Shown here: piece after piece, positions 22,828-30,400 of the stretch
Position numbering within the stretch: position 1 is the stretch's first letter
Layout of the letters: each line of letters opens with the position of its first letter
Source: Gammaproteobacteria bacterium
GTDB taxonomy: Bacteria > Pseudomonadota > Gammaproteobacteria > SZUA-229
DNA length: 64,000 bases
Assembly (NCBI GenBank): GCA_015488885.1
Contig: WFMW01000020.1
Coordinates: 221-64,220, forward strand
Reading direction: 5' to 3'
The notes under the pieces: generated by a model
What the model was told of the DNA's origin: nothing
Seen by the model: only the letters and a program-made list of their open reading frames with translations
The model's database searches: none
Made by a program: the position numbers and the translations under genes

Positions 22828-23538
22828 ATGTCATTCACATCAGTACATCCACAACTGCCTTTAGGCCTGGAACCTGGTGAATTATTTAACTTCGATACCT
22901 TTGTCGAAGGCGATAATACACTGGTCACAGCTGTTTTGCGTCAATGTGCACTGGGTGTAGGTGAAACACAGGTCTATATCTGGTCTGAGGGTGCGCTGGG
23001 TAAAACGCATTTATTACAGGCCTGTGGTCATCTGGCAGCCAGACATCAACGCACAGTCTGTTATCTCACCGCAACGCAAATACAGCAAAATAGCATAGAA
23101 ATATTTGATGGCCTGGAGCAATTGCAGCTTGTCTGTCTGGATGAACTGGATTGCTGGTTGAACAGTCCCGCCTGGCAGGAAGCGTTGTTTGATTTAATCA
23201 ATCGACTACGTGAACGAGGTAGCAGTCTGGTGATGGCTTCTTCGTATTCACCGGATGCCAGTGGTATACAGCTGGCCGATTTACGTTCTCGTTTAAGCTG
23301 GGGGCCGGTCTTCCAGCTTAAAACTTTGTCTGATCAGGATAAGGTGCTTGCATTGCGCGCTCGTGCTCGTCAGAGTGGACTGGAGCTGGCTGAAAATGTC
23401 GTAGATTATCTGCTGCGGCGCTATCCTCGTGACCTGGCTGATCAGTTCAGGCGGCTGGAAATACTGGATAAGGCAGCCATGTCAATGCAGCGCTCAGTCA
23501 CTATTCCTTTAATTAAAACCGTTTTTCCCGAAAATTAA
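22828..23538 (+). CDS. hda: DnaA regulatory inactivator Hda
   Basis: 236-aa DnaA-domain-III-like AAA+ protein (GALGKTHLLQA…) next to the purMN region, as in the enterobacterial purN-purM-upp-uraA-hda neighbourhood. Confidence 0.85.
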   Translation: MSFTSVHPQLPLGLEPGELFNFDTFVEGDNTLVTAVLRQCALGVGETQVYIWSEGALGKTHLLQACGHLAARHQRTVCYLTATQIQQNSIEIFDGLEQLQLVCLDELDCWLNSPAWQEALFDLINRLRERGSSLVMASSYSPDASGIQLADLRSRLSWGPVFQLKTLSDQDKVLALRARARQSGLELAENVVDYLLRRYPRDLADQFRRLEILDKAAMSMQRSVTIPLIKTVFPEN

Positions 23539-23839
23539 CTCGCCTGTTTTATAGTGGCTAACTATAGCTGAGACAAGCCAGTATTATCCATATTACGACA
23601 TAATTGTCATAAAGTGACAAAAAAAAATCACTTTTTTTCTTCCATACTTCTTTGATTTTCACGTACTTACCGTCTATTTTATTAGTATTACAAAACTTTA
23701 CAAAAAATAACTAAAGTTTTTCTGCGGTTCTATCTGCAGTTCTAAATGTACTAAATCTTCCTTTGATGAAATGTCTGCAGCCATGTTGCCCGTTATGGTA
23801 ACTGCCTCTGTGGGTTGGTTGTGGCTATAAAAAATAATA

Positions 23840-25087
23840 ATGAAGCACAAAACAGAAATGAAAATCGGGATGGGGACTGATTTAATCACGCTATACATAC
23901 CCGTGAGGCAAATAAAATGGCTCTGCCATTGGCTAGCGGTATTCTTTCGATGTTGCTGGGTACTTTTTTGTCTGCTACAAACCTCAGAGGTTTTTGCAGC
24001 GGCAGGTGACAATATTACTAATATTGCAACCATAGATTACAAAATTGCCGGTGTTAAAGCGACAGCAACAGCCAGCACAAGTTTTATTGAAGATCGGCTA
24101 ATCAATTTTATCGTCAGTAAAATAAATGACGGTATTTATGATCCGGTTATTGCCGGGATGAATGGTGCGCTGATGAGTTTTTCGGTCCTGAATACGGGCA
24201 ATAGTAGCCAGGATTTTCTGCTGGCTGCCGTCAATACCACTCCTAACCCATTCTCATCCCTGACTGACAGCTTTAATGCACAGATACCAATGCGGGTCTT
24301 TGTTGAAAGCGGGGTCACGCCCGGTTATCAGGCTGCACAGGATACTGCCACCTATATTGATGAACTTGCACCCAATACCGCAATAACAGTCTATGTCGTC
24401 GCCAATATACCTGCCGGCCTGACAAACAATGAAGTAGCTGCGGTTGCTTTAATTGCTCAGGTTGCACAGGGAGGGCGTAGTGGTTCACAGGGTAATGTAA
24501 TCACTCATGACAGTAACGGGCATATCAGTCCAGCCAGTCCACCTTCAGGGTATAGCAATGGTGCTACCAGCGTTAGTGCTGGTAGCAGCCTGAATATACC
24601 CGACACAAATGGCATGGATACTGTCTTTAATGACCCTGCCGGCAAGGCAGCTGAAGATGTGAGCAGTTCACTGGTACAGGATATAGCTGCTAACGGTCAG
24701 CATGCTGATGCCGGGGCTTTTCGTGTTACTCCGCCGGTGTCCATCAAAAAAACAGTCACGGTGATTGATTCAACTGGAGGCAGTGATCCCCGCCCGGGAG
24801 CAATCTTACGTTATCAGCTGGATGTGACTGTGCTGGGTAACAATGAAGTTAATCATCTAGTGATTCATGATGATATCCCTGCCCATACCAGTTATACCGA
24901 TGCATCAATCAGCCTGAATGGTATCGCCCAGAGTGATGCGGATGATGCCCCGGTAGATTTCTCACGTGCCATCAACATCAACAGTAAACCGGTCACGGCT
25001 ATTGAAGTCGATCTGAGCCATGGTGGCTTTTCTCCGATACTACCGGGTGTCACCAATAAAATTATTTTTGAAGTAACCATTAACTGA
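23840..25087 (+). CDS. secreted DUF11 (TIGR01451 'conserved repeat domain') protein, paralog A
   Basis: Signal peptide ending …VFA|AAGDNITNIATIDYKIAGV. The start could alternatively be the GTG at 23903. C-terminal DUF11-type domain (VSIKKTVTV…RPGAILRYQLDVTVLGNNEVNHLVIHDDIPAHTSY). The mature N-terminus is shared with the gene at 25885 and with the giant gene. Confidence 0.75.
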   Translation: MKHKTEMKIGMGTDLITLYIPVRQIKWLCHWLAVFFRCCWVLFCLLQTSEVFAAAGDNITNIATIDYKIAGVKATATASTSFIEDRLINFIVSKINDGIYDPVIAGMNGALMSFSVLNTGNSSQDFLLAAVNTTPNPFSSLTDSFNAQIPMRVFVESGVTPGYQAAQDTATYIDELAPNTAITVYVVANIPAGLTNNEVAAVALIAQVAQGGRSGSQGNVITHDSNGHISPASPPSGYSNGATSVSAGSSLNIPDTNGMDTVFNDPAGKAAEDVSSSLVQDIAANGQHADAGAFRVTPPVSIKKTVTVIDSTGGSDPRPGAILRYQLDVTVLGNNEVNHLVIHDDIPAHTSYTDASISLNGIAQSDADDAPVDFSRAININSKPVTAIEVDLSHGGFSPILPGVTNKIIFEVTIN

Positions 25088-25098
25088 GGTAATAAAAA

Positions 25099-25608
25099 AT
25101 GCCAGGTAAATACATAAGTAACAAAACCATAAAAAATATTCTGTTAATAATATCACTTGGTGGTATGAGTCTGCATGCCTATGCCGGAAAAGGAGCCATT
25201 CAGTTTAGTAATAATGCATTTAAACAGATCATGACAACAGATAAAAAAGGCAATAAAAAAATCGATTATGTTAAACCTGATCTGGTCTTGCCGGGTGATG
25301 TGATTCTGTATCAGATTAAATTCAAAAACATCAGTCATCAGGTGGTTAGCAATATTGTTATTAATAACCCGGTTCCCAACAATTCAAAATACCGGTCAGG
25401 AAGTGCCGACAGTGAAAACAGTGTGGTGACTTTCTCAGTTGATGGGAAACATTTTAAAACAGCGAAACGGTTAACAGTAACAGATAAAACAGGCAGCTCG
25501 ATAATAGCGAAACCTGAGCAATATAAGGCCATTCGCTGGGTGTATAAAAAATCATTGAAACCGGATGAAACCGCCATGGTTTCCTACAAAACACAAATTA
25601 AAAAATAA
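25099..25608 (+). CDS. small secreted single-DUF11-domain protein
   Basis: 169 aa. Signal peptide (…SLHAYA) then one DUF11-like module (LVLPGDVILYQIKFKNISHQVVSNIVINNPVPNNSKY). Only 11 bp downstream of the preceding gene. Confidence 0.7.
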   Translation: MPGKYISNKTIKNILLIISLGGMSLHAYAGKGAIQFSNNAFKQIMTTDKKGNKKIDYVKPDLVLPGDVILYQIKFKNISHQVVSNIVINNPVPNNSKYRSGSADSENSVVTFSVDGKHFKTAKRLTVTDKTGSSIIAKPEQYKAIRWVYKKSLKPDETAMVSYKTQIKK

Positions 25609-25624
25609 CCTGACAGGCTATTTC

Positions 25625-25654
25625 TATGCGTAATTTTTCTATGCGTAATTTTTC
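25625..25654. repeat. tandem duplication of a 15-bp unit (tatgcgtaatttttc x2) just downstream of the small DUF11 gene
   Basis: Seen directly in the sequence. Confidence 0.9.
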
Positions 25655-25884
25655 AATAAGGGTAGCTGTTTACCTGCGGTTGAAGGTAAACATCAATCGT
25701 GTTTTTTATTCTGGTAATACGTCGTCTTTATCCACAGGTCCGCCACGGCATGCCGATTCACCGATGGACCTGTAAGGATTTCTTCTGAAATAAAAACGGG
25801 CAGGGGATGCCCGATAAAAATGAAAAAAATAATAACAGTTAACGTTTTAACCTCGATATGAGGCTTAACAAGAGGTAAGTAATA

Positions 25885-27201
25885 ATGAAAACAAGTACCA
25901 AGAACAGGCTTATTGGTCTGGCACTGGCAGGCAGTTTTGCGCTGTTAAATGCACCTGATGTACTCGCCGCCGCCGGTGATCCCATCAGTAATACCGCAAC
26001 ACTGGGTTACAAGGTTGGTGGTGTGACCCAAACGGTTATTGAATCGGGAACAGGAACGGGTAATTCTACACCGGGTGTCGGCAAGGGGACAGCAACCACG
26101 TTTAAGGAAGACCGTCTGGTTAACTTTACCGTAACGCGTGGTGGGGCAACGTCAAGTGCTACACCAGGTGGTTCTTTGCAGGTGGTGACATACACATTAA
26201 AAAATACCGGTAATGCGCCCCAGGGGTTTTTATTAAAGGGACTTAATAATGCCGATGCAACGGTCGATCCTTTTGGCGGTAGTGCCGATGTGTTTGATGC
26301 AGCAACGGTACAGACTTTTGTGGAAAGTGGTACCACACCAGGCTTTCAGTCTACACAGGATACGCAGGCCTATGTAGCGACCCTGGCGCCGAATACCACA
26401 AAGACAGTCTATGTGGTATCAACCCTGCCTACAACACGTACGGATGGTGTTACGGCACTGGTTAATGGTGATGTTGCGGTGATGTCATTAGTGGTACAGA
26501 TCGCCAAAAACAACACTACCGGTATTGCCGCGGATGCTATTGTTACCGATGATAACGGTCATGCCAGTCCCGGTGGTAGCGGCTTCAGCAATGGTAGCGT
26601 GTCGATTACTGCCGGAACGCCAGTGGCCGCAATTGCTGATGATCCTGCTACCGTGCAGACCGTATTTGGTGATGCGGCAGGAACCAAAGATGGTACTGGT
26701 GCAGCCGACACCGCCAGTAATGGTCAGGATTCAGATAATAGTTCCTATACGATTCAATCAGCATCGTTAACTGTTAAGAAGAGCTCGACTGCGTTATGGG
26801 ATCCGGTGAATTTGAATGCCAACCCTAAAGCGTTTCCTGGTGCTTATGTGCGTTACACCATCACCATTAGCAATGCGACTGGTACTGCGGCAGCTGATCT
26901 GACGACATTGTCTGATGTACTAACTAATGCTCTGGCTCTGGATCCAGACTTCGCTGATGGAAGCTCAGCAAATATCCCGACCATTGGTGCAGGTAAAGCG
27001 ATTCAGATAAGCAATGTCAGTCATGGCGTTACAAAATACTGTACTGGCGATATTGGCGATGCTGATGGGGATGGTTGTAAGTATAGCGGTGGTGCCGGTG
27101 GAACAGTCAGTGCCAATATCGCAACCCTGATGGGTGCGACTGATGCGAAACTGGCTGCTGGTGAATCATTGACGATCACCTTTAATGCCATTATGCAGTA
27201 A
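25885..27201 (+). CDS. secreted DUF11 protein, paralog B
   Basis: Signal peptide …VLA|AAGDPISNTATLGYKVGGV. Collinear similarity to the 23840 gene (e.g. FVESGTTPGFQSTQDTQAYVATLAPNTTKTVYVVSTLP vs FVESGVTPGYQAAQDTATYIDELAPNTAITVYVVANIP). C-terminal DUF11 module. Confidence 0.8.
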   Translation: MKTSTKNRLIGLALAGSFALLNAPDVLAAAGDPISNTATLGYKVGGVTQTVIESGTGTGNSTPGVGKGTATTFKEDRLVNFTVTRGGATSSATPGGSLQVVTYTLKNTGNAPQGFLLKGLNNADATVDPFGGSADVFDAATVQTFVESGTTPGFQSTQDTQAYVATLAPNTTKTVYVVSTLPTTRTDGVTALVNGDVAVMSLVVQIAKNNTTGIAADAIVTDDNGHASPGGSGFSNGSVSITAGTPVAAIADDPATVQTVFGDAAGTKDGTGAADTASNGQDSDNSSYTIQSASLTVKKSSTALWDPVNLNANPKAFPGAYVRYTITISNATGTAAADLTTLSDVLTNALALDPDFADGSSANIPTIGAGKAIQISNVSHGVTKYCTGDIGDADGDGCKYSGGAGGTVSANIATLMGATDAKLAAGESLTITFNAIMQ

Positions 27202-27408
27202 CGGCTGTTGCAACGCTTGATTAACATGCAGCAGGTAACAGGCAGACTATTCTCAGGCTGTCCGGGGTGTTTTACCCGGGCAGTTCTGTCTGTGTGTATT
27301 ATCTACCTGTATTATTGCTTAGTAACCATTCTGGCAGTAATTTTTAATCAATCATGCAACAAAAATAAAACGTCTTATACCGGTAATTGTATAAGGCGTT
27401 TTCTGCTA

Positions 27409-30400
27409 ATGTTCGACAACTACCAAACCGTCAGTCATTACCGGAAAACGTTAATAAAGTATCTAACCACATTCATTTGTCTATTAACCGGGTTTAATGT
27501 ATTTGCGATAACGCCACCTGGTACACTGATTAGCAATACCGCAACTGCCAGTTTTAATTATCTGGCTAATGCAGCAACCGCCAGCAGTAACACGGTAAAT
27601 GTAAGCAGTACCATTATTAAAACACCATCATCCATTCAGTTATATCAATACGCACCTGGTGGCGGTGAGATTGCTATTCCTGTTGTCACGCAATATGCAA
27701 ACAGTGGCTCAACCAGTGCCAGTTTTATTGTCTCCCCGGATCCACAGGTTCCTCAACCGGGTGCTGCACCTGTAACCATAAATCCACATACCCCAGTGGC
27801 TTTAAATAAAGTTAATGCCTACAGCACCGGCGAACCGGTATTTATACAGTTGACTGATAAGGATCAGAATTTAAACCCGGCACAGAAAGAAACCGTTACT
27901 CTCGAAGTGAGTAGTTCAGCGGGTGACAGGGAAGTGATTAAATTAACCGAAACCACCGTTAACAGCGGTGAGTTTAGCGGCTATATTCAATCGACAGCAA
28001 ACCCTGTCACCCAATATGACGGCTTATTAACCCTGGGCGAAGGCACTAAGGTAACGGCAAAATATACCGATAAATATGATAGTACAGATATAAGTATTGC
28101 CGATTCACAGGCCGATCCGTTTGGCCGGGTGTTCAGTAGTGTGGATGGCAGCTTGCAGAACGGAGCAGTGGTAACACTGTTTGATAGCAACGGTATTCCG
28201 GCCAGGGTATTTGGTGATGACGGGGTAAGCACTTTCAGTAATCCGGTTGTCACTGGTAGCACAGTAACCGATAGTGGTGGAACGATTTATCATTTTCCAG
28301 AAGGTGAATACCGTTTCCCGCGTCTTGCAGCCGGTCATTATATCTTGAAGGTGACACCACCACCAGGGTTTGCTGCGCCATCACAGAGCAATGAACAGGC
28401 ATTACAGAAACTTTCTGGTGCACCCTATGCGCTGGTTGCCAGTGCCTCATTTGCGCAATCCTTTAATCTTGTTGCCGGGCCGCCATTACATGTGGATATA
28501 CCCATTGACCCATTGACATCCATACTGGCGATTGAAAAAACTGCTGCAAAGGAAAATGTAGCCAGGGGTGAATTTGTTGCCTATACATTAAAACTGGATA
28601 ATATTGATGCTACTGCAGCATCGCATAATATTGTTGTCACCGATACTCTGCCACCGGGGTTACGTTATCAACGCGGTTCGGTTACTTATGACGGTACAGG
28701 TGGAAACGATCCGATTGTTTCCGCGGATGGGCGTACCCTGGCGTTTACTATCGGCTCACTGGCACCAAAATCTTCGACACAGATAAAGTATGTAACAGAA
28801 ATTACGGTTGCGACACCATTGGGCAAAGCAGTCAATCATGTGTTTGCAGAAGATGATCGGCACATAAAATCGAATACTGCATTAGCTGCTATTATGGTAA
28901 ACGAAGACTTATTTTCCAGCCATAGTTTTATTGCTGGACGTGTCATTGTCGGTGGTTGTAATACACAGAGTGTTACCGCTGATCCTGGATTGCCAGCAGC
29001 TCGTGTGTTAATGGAGGATGGTCGTTATGCGGTAACCGATGATAACGGGCGTTTTCATTTTGAAGGGATAACACCTGGCAGCCATGTTGTACAACTGGAT
29101 AAGGATAGCATTCCAGATAATTACCAGGTGATAGATTGTGTTAAAAACACTCGGTTTGCCGGTACCCCTTATTCACAGTTTGTTGATATCCAGGGTGGGT
29201 CACTATGGCGTACCGATTTTCATATTAAACAAAAGCCTCCCTTAATCGGCACCAGTTCTGTTTATATACAGAGTAACGTGACGGCTGAAAATAATATTCA
29301 ATACACAGTTAATATGCAGAATGGAAAAATACCGGTGAAAAATTATCGGTTAATTATTAATTTACCTGCAGGCATGACGTATATTCCAGCCAGCAGTCAG
29401 CTTGATGGGCATAATATAAAAGAACCTTATGTGAACGATAATATTCTCATTTATCGCCTCGGCGATCCTGGTAGTAACTGGCAGAAAAAACTGGTATTTC
29501 GTGGGCATGTAAAAAACGGGGCAGAGGGCGGTCTGATAACCACAGCAGTAGTTATGCTGGATACTTCATTGAAGAAAAATATTCGTTCAATACCCGTTAA
29601 AAATAAATTACAGGTGGAACCTGGTCATATTGATAAAAAATCCATTTCCTATCGCACCTACTTCGAACCCATGGGTGCTGCGCTATCCACTACATCAAGA
29701 AAGGATTTGCAGCTGGTAATAAAAAAACTGGGTGATGTACGTATCAGTCATAGTGAAGTAAAAGCTTATACGGATAATAAGCCAGTTAAACCCCGCAGCC
29801 AGTGGTTATATAAAAATAATAAAACCCTGTCGATGGCACGTGCCAGAGTGCTTGGCGATTATTTGACTAAAAAGTTAAATATAGATAAAAAAGCCATTAC
29901 CCTGATGCCGGAAGGTAGTAGCCACCCGTTAATGAAAAATGATTCCATGGAAGGTCGTGCCAGGAATCGTCGCGCCGATTTAATTTTACATACCAGTAAA
30001 ATTACCGATCCAGAAAAAATTGACCTGCTTCGTTCAAAAAGTGAGATAGGAAAAATAAACTTAAAGGGGCAGCCAAATTATAAAGGGGAACCAAATTATA
30101 AAGGGGAACCAAATTATAAAGGGGAACCAAATTATAAAGGGGAACCAAATTATAAAATCAATAAAAACTATAAAATCAATAAACTGATTGAAACGCCTGA
30201 TATTTCCCAGCAACGTGATATCAGTAATTTTGATGAGATATGGATAAAAACTCAGAAGCCGGGTTATAAATGGTTAATGCCGGATGTAAATTTTTCACCT
30301 TCGCAGTCTTCAGTCAATATTGCTATTAAACATAAACCTGCTGATCATTTTGAGATGCGCTTAAATGGTAAATTAATCAATCCGTTATTTTACTTTGGTG

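Noticed and set aside
23698-24033. 111-aa minus-strand ORF overlapping the leader and start of the first DUF11 gene
   Set aside because: It is antisense to a signal-peptide-encoding region and lies in an AT-rich leader. There is no coding signal.
27987-28450. Several minus-strand ORFs of 60-90 aa inside the giant gene (also 31313-31719 and 32301-32960)
   Set aside because: They are antisense to a strongly supported 6-kb coding frame, have no RBS and no motifs. They are typical shadow ORFs.
30061-30191. Tandem repeats inside the giant gene considered as a possible CRISPR array or minisatellite
   Set aside because: The units are contiguous 18-mers with no spacers and are in-frame coding (GEPNYK). 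It is not a CRISPR array.
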